Assembly: GCA_002269645.1 (NCBI GenBank)
Contig: NIVC01000267.1
Span: forward strand, 186,001 to 250,000
Reading direction: 5' to 3'
DNA from: Macrostomum lignano
Taxonomy: Eukaryota
DNA: 64,000 bases
Positions 29,506-43,168 of the stretch are shown here, in pieces. The notes under the pieces are model-generated. The model was not told where the DNA came from and did no database searches. It was given only the letters and a program-made list of their open reading frames with translations. The first letter of the stretch is position 1. Every line of letters starts with the position of its first letter. The translations under genes were made by a program, and so were the position numbers.

Positions 29506-30214
29506 ATATTAGATCCCATCTGTCTAACCAGGCTGTCTGACAGGCTGTCTAACCCCCCTCCCCAGTTTTATCCCAAATTGATTTTTCAGTCGCGGGTTCA
29601 CTGTGATGCAAGGACCAACAAGCAGGTAAAGCCTCCCATTGTTAACCTGATCCCTCTGTGCCAACTTTAGCCTCAAACTCAAGATTCCTCTCTCTCTTCC
29701 TTCAGCATCCCGCGCTGCATCCTGAGCAGCATTCCCCATCAACTCTCAATAGGGGATTTGTTTAGCTGCAAGCTGCAATCCCCTTAGAAAAATCTTACTT
29801 CTGTCTGCCGTCTAGGCCCCAGAATCAGTTTTTGCTCAGGTGAGCTTGAAGGTGTCGGATTGCACTGGGGCACCCAAAAACACGGAGGACCGGAGGGATT
29901 CTGGGGTGGCTGCCCCCCCCCCCCGGTGCAGCGCTGTATTTGCTTTGATTTCCTTCTACCAAGGGCTGGTTTGATGGCCCCTGTTTGAACTAATTAATTT
30001 TAAATGCGCCAACTGAAGTTGTGGCTGCTGCCTGAGCAATTTGTCCAGCTGTCGGGGGGGGGGGGTGGTGAATCCAACAGCCCTTGTAAATCAGCGACAA
30101 CTTTAAAAACTTGTTTCTGTTTTGCATTGAAGAACATGAAATATTTGTGACTGAAGCTTTTGTTTAACTAGCGATAGCTTGGACCTGACAACTTTGCATT
30201 CCTGCTGGCCTAGC

Positions 30215-30925
<711 letters not shown>

Positions 30926-31454
30926 CATCATTCGACTATCAGTCTATCTGTTTCTGCCTGCTTTCCTGCCAGGCCGTCTCTTCCATCCCCACCACTTTCA
31001 CGCTCCCCAATCCTCATTCAGACTCAGCCATCGGCAGTCCCGCCGCGCCATCGCAGGAAGCTGTTTGCGCAGCCCGCACCTGCTCGGCAACCCGACACCG
31101 CAGCGCCATCCAACGCAGGCAGCAAAACTCTGTTGAATGAGAAATTTGAGCACCGTCTGGTTTGAGTTGGTGGTGAGGGGAGGGGGGCGATGCTGTGGTT
31201 GCGCCAGATTTGCCAAACTCTGGTGTTGTTGCTGAGTTGACAAACGGCTGACGGAAGCAATCGGGCGGGCGGTCTCTAAACTGCCGCTATGCCAGCAGAG
31301 CTTTTGTTAAAAGCAAACGAAGGAAATGTTGAGTTAAGCAGCTGAAGCTGACTGTGTTGGAGGCGATTTTTTCGTTGGGAAAAATCTGATGGTTGGTGGT
31401 AGGAAGAGAATTGAAATGAGGGAGAGAGTGGTGGGAATAGGGAAAGTAGGGGAA

Positions 31455-31905
31455 GCTGAGAGGGGGAAGCGGAGAAGGGGAAGCGGAGAGGGGGAAGCGG
31501 AGAGGGGAAAGCGAAGAGGGGGAGCGGAGAGGGGGAACCGGGGAGGGGAAGCGGAGAGGGGGAAGCGGGGAGGGGGAAGCGGAGAGGGGAAAGCGGGGAG
31601 GGGAGCGGAGAGGGGGAAGCGGGGAGGGGGAAGCGGAGAGGGGGAAGCGGAGAGGGGAAAGCGGGGAGGGGGAGCGGAGAGGGGAAAGCGGGGAGGGGGA
31701 GCGGAGAGGGGGAAGCGGGGAGGGGAAGCGGAGAGGGGAAGCGGAGAGGGGAAGCGGGGAGGGGAAGCGGGGAGGGGAAGCTGAGAGGGGGAAGCGGAGA
31801 GGGGAAGCAGAGAGGGGAAGCGGAGAGGGGAAGCAGAGAGGGGAAGCGGAGAGGGGAAGCAGAGAGGGGAAGCAGAGAGGGGGAAGCAGACAGAGGGGAG
31901 CGGAG
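31455..31905. repeat. G-rich minisatellite GGGGAAGCGGAGAG
   Basis: Direct reading. Confidence 0.92.
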
Positions 31906-33364
31906 GGGGTGATGAGGACTCAGATGCTGACAGACAAAAAAACTTCGAGAGAAATCAATCTAACGGAAGAAGAAATACTTCCAAAATCAATCTGCGCCGC
32001 AAAGGAACCACGAGACGAACCATACCGGTACAGGTGAAAAAGTCAGTATAGGCAGGCCCAAGACATTCCGAGCCAGCTTTTGCAGTCTCCAGTAGGAGAT
32101 TTTCCACTGATACAGGGAGCAAGGCAGCGGCAGAGATGAAGCGAAGGAGATGAAGAGACGGGAAGATTCGGGCGGACCGATATGACAAAATGTATCGGCG
32201 TAGCGGACAGACGGAGCAAAGCGGAGAGGCTGGGGCTATTGGGTTTCAGTGAACCCCCGGTGCGTTTTTTGCGTCTGATCCCCTCTAAAAAAAGCGGCCC
32301 AACTCACGGCGCATGTTGGCTCGGGGCCGAAGACCCATAATGTAATCTTTTGTCGGTGGGAGAGGGGGGGGGTAGCGATCTCAGGAATCGAGCGGGGGAC
32401 CCTCCGGGGAGGGACTCCGCCTATGAAATCTAAAATAAAGCGAACCCAAAACCCCATTGTGACATTTTCATTCGAGATGTAAAGAATTCAACCCTGCCCC
32501 CCCCCCCCTAAGAAGTGGCGGATCATTAAAGCAGATTTGTTGTGTTTTTTTCCCGCGCTCTCTTTCAGCACTGGGGCTTCACCCGTTGCCGCAGGCAGAC
32601 ACAGTCAGCGGCGATAATTAATTTGCTGGAGCAGCCGGAGCTGCAAGAATAATAACACACAAGAGAAGCAAACTGAAGCACTCGAATATGAATGGCAGGT
32701 TTTGAGTTCTCTGGCTTGGAGCAACAATGGAGAGATGAAGTTGGGAGTTTGGCCGAACGCTTTGGTGGAGGCGGAGGCGGCAGCCACTCAAGTCCGGCTC
32801 CCGCCAGCTCAAATGTCAGAGGAGGGTGGGGAGGCGTCTCGATCTCCGGTCATGCATTCATAATTAGCCGTTAATGACATCTCATTCATACAGTTGATGA
32901 AGCGATTGGGGAGGCTGCAAGGATTTCTTCGCGTGTCTCTTCGTATCTTATCAATTTGGTGGATTTTTTTTCAGTAATTCTCTCCAACATCTTTTATCCC
33001 CGACGCCGCTAAAATTCCGCTCCGTTAATCCCATCGATAATTCCTTGCCCGCCTCCGCCGGCCCCCCCGCTGTCCGCCAGGACTCGCTAATTCAATGAAG
33101 CGCCTCCCCCACCTGAGTTTGGCGCCCCACACGGAATCGAAGCTCAGGCAACATTTTTTGCTATTCTTCTTTCTGCCTGCTTTTCTAAAGCAATTGTTTG
33201 GGAAATCTCTGCTTCAAAGATCTGTCTTCTTTTTGTCAAGGACGACTAAAGTCGTCTACTTAAGTCGTCCTTGCTTTTTGTCTGCATCCTGCGCGTTTCG
33301 ATTCGGGTTCTTCACTGCCTGCGTGTGCCTATCTGTGTCTTTAGATTGTTTTAATATTGCTTTT

Positions 33365-33640
33365 AGTGTATCTCACATTTATTCTCTCCATTATCTCACC
33401 CTTAATCTCACGATTCTCTCACCCTTACTTTCACAATTATCTCACCCTTATTATCAAGATTATCTCACCCTTATTCTCTCGATTATCTCACCCTTATTAT
33501 CAAGATTATCTCACCCTTATTCTCTCGATTATCTCACCCTCATTATCAAGATTATCTCACCCTTATTCTCTCGATTATCTCACCCTCATTATCAAGATTA
33601 TCTCACCCTTATTCTCACGATTATTTCATCCTTAATCTCA
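33365..33640. repeat. Alternating 24-bp units TTATCTCACCCTTATTCTCTCGA / TTATCTCACCCT(T/C)ATTATCAAGA
   Basis: Dimeric 48-bp pattern. Confidence 0.85.
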
Positions 33641-33796
33641 CGACTCTCTCGCCTCTTCACTCAAATGGTGCAGTGTAATCTTTTTGCTTCAGCATTAAAT
33701 CAAACTGCAATATCTGCCATCTTTCTCCCTCCCTCAAAGCAATGGAGCCTTCCTTCCTGTAGTGCTGCTTCGCAAACTGTGGCGTCCCCTGCCCCC

Positions 33797-33825
33797 AGCC
33801 AATCAGCTCTCTATCAGCCAATCCC
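33797..33825 (+). promoter_or_regulatory. Tandem CCAAT boxes upstream of Six1/2
   Basis: cagCCAATcag at 33799 and cagCCAATccc at 33818, about 280 bp before the ATG. Confidence 0.4.
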
Positions 33826-34096
33826 TTTCGCTCTCTCCTCTCCATTTCTTTCTCCTGCAGCGGAGCCGCCCCCCTCCCACCAACCTCCGGTCCCGAGCGC
33901 GAAGAGCAAAAACTTTTAAAATCCAAGCGTTTACGCCGGCCATTGAAAAGCCTTGCAAACAAACCTGATAGCCTTCGCTTTGAAACTCGAGACAGCCGCT
34001 CTCTCGATCCTCAGGCTTAGACCAGGTAATCTTATCCTCTCGGTGCTTGACAATAGCAACTAGGGTTGTCTGTCTGGCCGTTGCACAGGTGGAATA

Positions 34097-34170
34097 ATGA
34101 TACAGGAGTTCGCTGGACCTGCGGTGCCCTACCACCATCAGCAGCAGCCGCCGCCTCCACCGCCGCCACC

Positions 34171-34209
<39 letters not shown>

Positions 34210-34779
34210 TCAACTGTCTCTGGGCTCTGGCGGATCCTTCGGCTTCACCCAGGAGCAGGTCGCCTGCGTTTGCGAAGTTCTTCAACAGAGCGGCAGCGTC
34301 GACCGTCTGGCCAGATTTCTCTGGTCGCTGCCGCAGTGCGACCAGCTGCACAAGAATGAGAGCGTCATCAAAGCCAAGGCCATGGTGGCCTTCCACAGGG
34401 GCAACTTCAAGGAGCTCTACAGGCTGGTGGAGAGCTACAGCTTCGCGCCGCAGAACCACGCCAGGCTGCAGGAGCTGTGGCTCAAGGCGCACTACATCGA
34501 GGCTGAGAAGCTGCGCGGCCGGCCCCTCGGAGCTGTAGGCAAGTACCGAGTCCGCAAGAAGTTCCCGCTGCCCCGGACCATCTGGGACGGCGAGGAGACC
34601 TCCTACTGCTTCAAGGAGAAGTCCAGAAATGTGCTGCGCGAGTGGTACACGCACAACCCCTACCCGTCACCAAGGGAGAAGCGAGAGCTGGCCGAGGCAA
34701 CCGGCCTCACCACCACCCAGGTGTCCAACTGGTTCAAGAACCGGAGACAGCGGGACCGGGCGAGTGACGTGAAGGACGG
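34097..34779 (+). CDS. Six1/2: Six1/2 (sine oculis) exon 1: SIX domain plus homeodomain
   Basis: [17 protein letters not shown]...[15 protein letters not shown]...[11 protein letters not shown]. The ETSY tetrapeptide assigns the Six1/2 class; K50 homeodomain; donor GG|gtgagt at 34780. Confidence 0.97.
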
Positions 34780-34807
34780 GTGAGTTGGGGATCCTTGTGG
34801 GCTCTCA

Positions 34808-35275
34808 TGTCTCTGTTCATTCCCACTCCCACCCGTCTGTTCATTCCCGCTCTCTCCCGTCTGTTCATTCCCGCTCCCAACCGTCTGTTCATTCCCATTC
34901 CCACTCTCTCCCGTCTGTTCATTCCCACTCCCACCCGTCTGTTCATTCCCGCTCTCTCCCGTCTGTTCATTCCCACTCCCAACCGTCTGTTCATTCCCAC
35001 TCCCTCCTGTCTGTTCATTCCCGCTCTCTCCCGTCTGTTCATTCCCACTCCCAACCGTCTGTTCATTCCCACTCCCTCCTGTCTGTTCATTCCCACTCTC
35101 TCCTGTCTGTTCATTCCCGCTCCCAACCGTCTGTTCATTCCCGCTCTCTCCCGTCTGTTCATTCCCGCTCCCAACCGTCTGTTCATTCCCGCTCCCAACC
35201 GTCTGTTCATTCCCGCTCTCTCCCGTCTGTTCATTCCCACTCTCTCCCCTCATCTCCGTTTCTTCATTCCCATTC
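34808..35275. repeat. 27-bp minisatellite CCGTCTGTTCATTCCC(A/G)CTC... in the Six1/2 intron
   Basis: Starts about 30 bp after the donor. Confidence 0.92.
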
Positions 35276-35894
35276 TCTCAGTCCCTATAACATTTGCACT
35301 TTGAGATGTGAACAATAGTTGAATATTCAATAAAGAAAATTGAATGTTTTATATAGCAAATTGGCTACGGTGCCAAAAGAAAAAGCGAGTGAGAGAGAAA
35401 GAGAGTGGGAAATTGCTGAGATGAACCGGTAAAATTTATGTTGCAAATATTTCATACGCCCCCCTGTATAACAAACGGCTTAAATCGGCATGGCAAGCAA
35501 GTATAACAAATGTCGCTTTTGCCGCGCCATTACTTTCATGTGTTTTCTGTTTTGCTAACGCCTTCCCGTTAACTTTTTCAATCGGTTACAGTTGCTCCAG
35601 CGGCAGCTTAGTAGCGCCTAAGGTTTTTTGTAGCAAACTTACTTCTTTTGGTTATAATAATGTTAATGCGACTTCTCCATTTCTCCGCTCGTTCTTGTCG
35701 CTTCTGAAAGCAGAATTTCTGCCTCAATTTTTCGTTGCAACAATTAAATATTCATTTGTTTATTTGCTTGCCTTCATCTATTGCCCAATATTTTCTTCAT
35801 ATAACTTTGCTTGTACGAGTGGAAGAGGTGAGAATGCACTAGAAGATTAAGACAACCCAGAAATTGCATCAGTGGAGAATCCCAAGGAGAAAAA

Positions 35895-37308
35895 TACAGG
35901 GGAGAGATAGACAGGGGAGAAATAGACAGTGGAGAGATAGACAGGGGAGAGATAGACAGGGGAGAGATAGACAGGGGAGAGATAGATAGGGGAGAGATAG
36001 ACAGAGGAGAGATAGACAGGGGAGAAATAGACAGTGGAGAGATAGACAGGGGAGAGATAGACAGGGGAGAGATAGACAGGGGAGAGATAGACAGTGGAGA
36101 GATAGACAGGGGAGAGATAGACAGGGGAGAGATAGACAGTGGAGAGATAGACAGGGGAGAGATAGATAGGGGAGAGATAGACAGGGGAGAGATAGACAGG
36201 GGAGAGATAGACAGGGGAGAGATAGATAGGGGAGAGATAGACAGGGGAGAGATAGACAGGGGAGAGATAGATAGGGGAGAGATAGACAGGGGAGAGATAG
36301 ACAGGAGAGAGATAGACAGGGGAGACATAGACAGGGGAGATATAGACAGGGGAGAGATAGACAGGGGAGAGATAGACAGGGGAGAGATAGACAGGGGAGA
36401 GATAGACAGGGGAGAAATAGACAGTGGAGAGATAGACAGGGGAGAGATAGACAGGGGAGAGATAGACAGGGGAGAGATAGACAGGGGAGAGATAGACAGG
36501 GGAGAGATAGACAGGGGAGAAATAGACAGTGGAGAGATAGACAGGGGAGAGATAGACAGGGGAGAGATAGACAGGGGAGAGATAGACAGGGGAGAGATAG
36601 ACAGAGGAGAGATAGACAGGGGAGATATAGACAGGGGAGAGATAGACAGGGGAGAGATAGACAGGGGAGACATAGACAGGGGAGAAATAGACAGTGGAGA
36701 GATAGACAGGGGAGAGATAGACAGGGGAGAGATAGACAGGGGAGAGATAGACAGGGGAGAGATAGACAGAGGAGAGATAGACAGGGGAGATATAGACAGG
36801 GGAGAGATAGACAGGGGAGAGATAGACAGGGGAGAGATAGACAGGGGAGAGATAGACAGTGGAGAGATAGACAGGGGAGAGATAGACAGGGGAGAGATAG
36901 ACAGTGGAGAGATAGACAGGGGAGAGATAGATAGGGGAGAGATAGACAGGGGAGAGATAGACAGGGGAGAGATAGACAGTGGAGAGATAGACAGGGGAGA
37001 GATAGATAGGGGAGAGATAGACAGGGGAGAGATAGACAGGGGAGAGATAGACAGGGGAGAGATAGACAGGGGAGAGATAGACAGTGAGAGATAGACAGGC
37101 GAGAGATAGACAGGCGAGAGATAGACAGGGGGAGAGATAGACAGGGGAGAGATAGACAGGGGAGAGATAGACAGGGGAGAGATAGACAGGGGAGAGATAG
37201 ACAGGGGAGAGATAGACAGGGGAGAGATAGACAGGGAGAGATAGACAGGGGAGATAGATAGACAGGGGAGACAGGGGAGAGATAGACAGGGGAGAGATAG
37301 ACAGGGAA
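35895..37308. repeat. 15-bp minisatellite GACAGGGGAGAGATA
   Basis: About 94 copies. Confidence 0.97.
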
Positions 37309-37917
37309 GAGATGGCCAGAGGCCTGTCTCAAGCCAGGATGAAGACCCCAAACAAGCAGGCAGCAGCACGAAGAGCAGAATCAAGTAGTGGCATGGAGTG
37401 AATCGGAGAAAAGGAAGCGCGCTACAATATTAACGAAAAAATGTTAATCAATTAACAGCCCCCACCCGGCACAAGCGAGGCCGCAGTCCCGACTGTCACT
37501 CTATACAATAAATAAAGCTGCGTGTTGAAGGCACCAACCGTTTCTCTGCCTGGCGCAGAGTGGCACGAAGTGGTCAAAATGCTCTCTTATATTACGAGCC
37601 GTTGCTTGCGGTTACCGCAGCTCATTAATAAGGCTGAAATCGAGCAACCGACCCACGGCTGAACTCGGCAAGATGACACCGGGAGGGTAGCCTGAGTTGT
37701 AAGGGGGGGGGTCATCCGAAACCGCGTAGGAGCAATCAGAGTGTTTAAAGTGATTAAACTGTTTAATTAGCTATTTAAATTAGTGCCTTTTTATAACAAA
37801 TCTGATATGCGAGTAGAAAACTTACTATGAAATAACTTTGTTTTGGGCACATTGGTTCGTTTTTCGACTACTTGGATGGCCGACCATAATTAGTAACGAG
37901 TTTAGTATTAGTAATGC

Positions 37918-39078
37918 ATATTCTATCTCTCCTCCGGCCATTATCTATCATTCATTCTATTCTATTCTATCTCTCCTCCGGCCATTATCTATCATTCATT
38001 CTATTCTATTCTATCTCTCCTCCGGCCATTATCTATCATTCATTCTATTCTATTCTATCTCTCCTCCGGCCATTATCTATCATTCAGTCTATTCTATTCT
38101 ATCTCTCCTCCGGCCATTATCTATCATTCAGTCTATTCTATTCTATCTCTCCTCCGGCCATTATCTATCATTCATTCTATTCTATTCTATCTCTCCTCCG
38201 GCCATTATCTATCATTCATTCTATTCTATTCTATCTCTCCTCCGGCCATTATCTATCATTCAGTCTATTCTATTCTATCTCTCCTCCGGCCATTATCTAT
38301 CATTCAGTCTATTCTATTCTATCTCTCCTCCGGCCATTATCTATCATTCAGTCTATTCTATTCTATCTCTCCTCCGGCCATTATCTATCATTCAGTCTAT
38401 TCTATTCTATCTCTCCTCCGGCCATTATCTATCATTCATTATATTCTATTCTATCTCTCCTCCGGCCATTATCTATCATTCATTCTATTCTATTCTATCT
38501 CTCCTCCGGCCATTATCTATCATTCAGTCTATTCTATTCTATCTCTCCTCCGGCCATTATCTATCATTCATTCTATTCTATTCTATCTCTCCTCCGGCCA
38601 TTATCTATCATTCATTATATTCTATTCTATCTCTCTTCCGGCCATTATCTATCATTCATTATATTCTATTCTATCTCTTCTCCGGCCATTATCTATCATT
38701 CATTCTATTCTATTCTATCTCTCCTCCGGCCATTATCTATCATTCAGTCTATTCTATTCTATCTCTCCTCCGGCCATTATCTATCATTCATTCTATTCTA
38801 TTCTATCTCTCCTCCGGCCATTATCTATCATTCAGTCTATTCTATTCTATCTCTCCTCCGGCCATTATCTATCATTCAGTCTATTCTATTCTATCTCTCC
38901 TCCGGCCATTATCTATCATTCAGTCTATTCTATTCTATCTCTCCTCCGGCCATTATCTATCATTCATTATATTCTATTCTATCTCTCTTCCGGCCATTAT
39001 CTATCATTCATTATATTCTATTCTATCTCTTCTCCGGCCATTATCTATCTATCATTCATTCTATTCTATTCTATCTTT
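37918..39078. repeat. 45-bp minisatellite TTCTATCTCTCCTCCGGCCATTATCTATCATTCA(T/G)TCTATTCTA
   Basis: About 25 copies. Confidence 0.96.
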
Positions 39079-39894
39079 ATTTCTGCCATTGTATCTCACT
39101 GATTGTATTCCATTTCACCTCTATTCCTGCCACTATATTTCATTCTATTATTCAATTTTCTTCAATCCAATTTCCCCTGTTCAGAAGCCACAGTTACTGA
39201 CCCTGTTTCGCATAGCATAGGTTATTCTGAATATTTAGATTTTGTTCAGGGCTGAATAAGGCAGGCTGGAAAGAGAAATACCTATAAATCAGATCATAAA
39301 TCAGGTCAGAAAGCTTGACAGGCGCACACACAACAGCACACAATAGCAAACAGCACGCAGTCAGAGGACGGTCCCAGCGGTAACCGATGTCCGGGTCAAT
39401 CTCAGGACAAAACCTCTACAGGAGGAGGAGAAGGAAAGTGAGAGAGCGAGAGAGGCGACCCAGATCCCGGACCCGGTTGGCTGGCTTCTCCTAGGGGATC
39501 CTCAGTCTGATTGCTGCGCCGTAGGCTGTGTGGCGCGGGGCTCAGCAATGCCACGGAAGTGAAACCTGAGCTCACAGCAATGCGCAGACCCAACCCCAAT
39601 TACTCCCTGTATTTTTTCGCTAACTCCCTATCGCAATTTTTTTCTAGAGAGAGAGAGAAAACAGGGATTGAAAGACAGGGGGGGGACTGCGGCGCTTCTG
39701 CTTTGCTGGTCCCGCTATTTCCTGACACATTGTCCTCCAACCAAAGCCCCAACCCGCCTGAACACCACCATTTCCGGACTTCTGGTGTTGGAGCAACTTC
39801 TGAGCTGATTTATCACTTCTTTAATGGATTTCGGGAGCTTAAATTGGGATATTAAACGCGAATGTTAACTGACTGGCTGCATGAACTGGCTGTG

Positions 39895-40370
39895 AGGATC
39901 TGAGGATCTGAGGGATCTGAGGGAGCTGAGGGATCTGAGGATCTGAGGGATCTGAGGGATCTGAGGGATCTGAGGGATCTAAGGGATCTGAGGGATCTGA
40001 GGAATCTGAGGGATCTGAGGGATCTAAGGGATCTGAGGGATCTAAGGGATCTGAGGGATCTGAGGGATCTAAGGGATCTGAGGATCTGAGGGAGCTGAGG
40101 GACCTGAGGGATCTGAGAATCTGAGGATCTGAGGATCTGAGGGATCTGAGGGATCTGAGGGATCTGAGGGATCTGAGAATCTGAGGATCTGAGGGATCTG
40201 AAGGATCTGAGGGATCTAAGGGATCTGAGGAATCTGAGGGATCTGAGGGATCTGAGGGATCTGAGAATCTGAGGATCTGAGGGATCTGAGGGATCTGAGG
40301 GATCTAAGGGATCTTAGGATATGAGGGATTTGAGGGATCCGAGGGATCTGAGGGATCTGAGGAATCTGAG
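39895..40370. repeat. 9/10-bp repeat G(G)GATCTGAG
   Basis: Direct reading. Confidence 0.93.
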
Positions 40371-41329
40371 TATCAGAAAAAATAGTCCCGAGTAATGAAA
40401 GGCACCCAGCGCAGTCTACAGGAAGTTGCTGATACACAAAAAGCCGAGCACTGGATGAAGTTGCGCTCTTTTATTGGAAAAGATCAGCAAGGAGACCTGT
40501 CAGCTCGGCTCTCTTGGCCTGTCCGCACCACACAGATTTGAGGGACGCGGAGGGAAATACGGGAAGCCAAAAGGAGAGAGAAAGGGGAAGAGAAAGCGGG
40601 CAAACAGTGCGAAGCCCCTACGGTGGCGCAAGTTGTGTATTTTTGTGGCCCCAGTGGCCTGCCGTCACCTGGGCCTCTTCTGTTTGTGTTCCATTCGCTC
40701 CGCCCCAGCCTCCGCGCCTCATCTCCGTCTCCATCTATCCCCGCACCCGGTCTCTGCGTCTCTCAGCTCTATAAGTTACGGTAGCGGGACACAGTTTATG
40801 CTGATCCCAAGGATTCCAAGGGGATTCCAGTGGCCTGGGGAAGCCGTTAAAAATTGGCATCCCGGTCAGTTCCGGGAGCTCCTCCGCCTTTGCTGGCCGG
40901 GGGGGGGGCGGCAGGCCACCACAAATAATCATTGCTGCATTGATGGGCGCAGGGAAAGCAGATAGAGGCCAGATTAAACGGATGCTGACGGTATTTTCTG
41001 GTGATTATGATGGGGCGGGAAAGAGTTTGGATTCTGTTTGGTATCTGGGTTGTGGATCGAGGCAGCCAGTGCCGCTCGTCCTTCAAGCCTAGTGGTGAAG
41101 GCTTGATTGAAATTTCCAGCCAGTGCAGCACCTGCGCCTGCATTTGCCTGTTCTTTCTAAGAAAAAAGTTTCTAAGAAATTCTAAGAGAACTCAGGCACT
41201 CATTCACACGCTCACAGAGAGTGTACAGCGGCCCTGACTTCCTAATCGTCAGGCATGTACAGTCACTCTGTGGCTCGGGAGCTGGCCACCAGCGCCTTCC
41301 TCACCCAACCCAACCGTCCACGATTTCAG

Positions 41330-42056
41330 CAGAGACGCGGGCAGCATGCTGGGCTCCGGAGGTGGCGGCGTAGGCGGCGGCCTGGCTTCCATGTCGGCCG
41401 ACATGAAACGCGCCGACAGCCGGTCGTCCGAAAGCGGCGGCGGCGGCGGCGGCGGATGCGGCGGTGATGGCGGAGGCAGCGAGGAGGCCGCCAGCCCCCC
41501 AAGCTACCACCAGTCAGCTGCCGCCTACCTGGATTACGGCCTCATGGGCCAGCCGCCGCCTCCGCAGCATCAGCAGCTTCATCTGCACTCCCAGCATCCC
41601 CAGCTCAGCTCAACTAACGCCAACCTGTCAATCAGCGGCTCCTTCAGCAGCCCGAGTCCTTCGCAACTCGGACTGGGCAGCGGCAGCGGCGGCGGCGGAG
41701 TTGACTGCTATTCCAAGAATCTGCAGCAACAGCAGCAGCATCCCCAGCATCTTCTGCATCATCATCATCATCCCTACGGCGAGCCGGAGTCGCCTAGCGG
41801 CTACAAGAAGGCCGATAGCGGCGGCTGCTTGGAGTCGCCGAACTCGTCGGCAACTTCGGCTGGAGCGGCCGCAGCAGCCGCCGCCGCAGCCGCCGCCGCA
41901 GCAGCCGCCGCAGCGTCCGCCTTTGGCAACGGGGCGCACCACGGGATCGACCACTTCCTGCCCGGAGGTCAGCATCACCACCCTCATCATCAGGCCCATC
42001 ATCACCAGCCCCATCACCATCATATGCTGCACCCCGTGCACCTCAGCGATTTTTGA
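41330..42056 (+). CDS. Six1/2: Six1/2 exon 2: low-complexity Gly/Ser/Gln/Ala/His C-terminal region
   Basis: Acceptor tttcag (or cag 3 nt later) is phase-2 compatible with exon 1. GC-rich ORF to TGA at 42056; no other candidate exon seen in between. Confidence 0.8.
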
Positions 42057-42224
42057 CAGCTTGAAAAATGCAATGTTGTTGTCGGTCTTGAATATCTGTT
42101 GCGGTTTAAATGTTCTTCTCCTCTCGTGCACCATTGTTAAACTGTGAAAATGGCTGCCTCTGTTCATTTCAGGCTGCGCCATCTGCAGCCCTTTTGTACT
42201 GCTTAATGGGTGTCGCTTTCATCC

Positions 42225-43168
42225 GCTCTAAACTTCATCCACCAGCTCTAAACTTCATTCACCAGCTCTAAACTTCATCCACCAGCTCTAAACTTTATTC
42301 ACCAACTCTAAACTTCATCCACCAGCTCTAAACTTCATTCACCAGCTCTAAACTTCATTCACCAGCTCTAAACTTCATTCACCAGCTCTAAACTTCATTC
42401 ACCAGCTCTAAACTTCATTCACCAGCTCTAAACTTCATTCACCAGCTCTAAACTTCATTCACCAGCTCTAAACTTCATTCACCAGCTCTAAACTTCATTC
42501 ACCAGCTCTAAACTTCATTCACCAGCTCTAAACTTCATCCACCAGCTCTAAACTTCATTCACCAGCTCTAAACTTCATCGACCAGCTCTAAACTTCATCC
42601 ACCAGCTCTAAACTTCATTCACCAGCTCTAAACTTCATCGACCAGCTCTAAACTTCATCCACCAGCTCTAAACTTTATTCACCAGCTCTAAACTTCATTC
42701 ACCAGCTCTAAACTTCATTCACCAGCTCTAAACTTCATTCACCAGCTCTAAACTTCATTCACCAGCTTTAAACTTCATTCACCAGCTTTAAACTTCATTC
42801 ACCAGCTCTAAACTTCATTCACCAGCTCTAAACTTCATTCACCAGCTCTGAACTTCATTCACCAGCTCTAAACTTCATTCACCAGCTCTAAACTTCATTC
42901 ACCAGCTCTGAACTTCATTCACCAGCTCTGAACTTCATTCACCAGCTCTAAACTTCATTCACCAGCTCTAAACTTCATTCACCAGCTCTAAACTTCATTC
43001 ACCAGCTCTAAACTTCATTCACCAGCTCTAAACTTCATTCACCAGCTCTAAACTTCATTCACCAGCTCTAAACTTCATTCACCACCTCTAAACTTCATTC
43101 ACCAGCTCTAAACTTCATTCACCAGCTCTAAACTTCATTCACCAGCTCTAAACTTCATCAGCTCTGAA
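42225..43168. repeat. 20-bp minisatellite ACCAGCTCTAAACTTCATTC
   Basis: About 46 copies, 170 bp after the Six1/2 stop. Confidence 0.96.
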
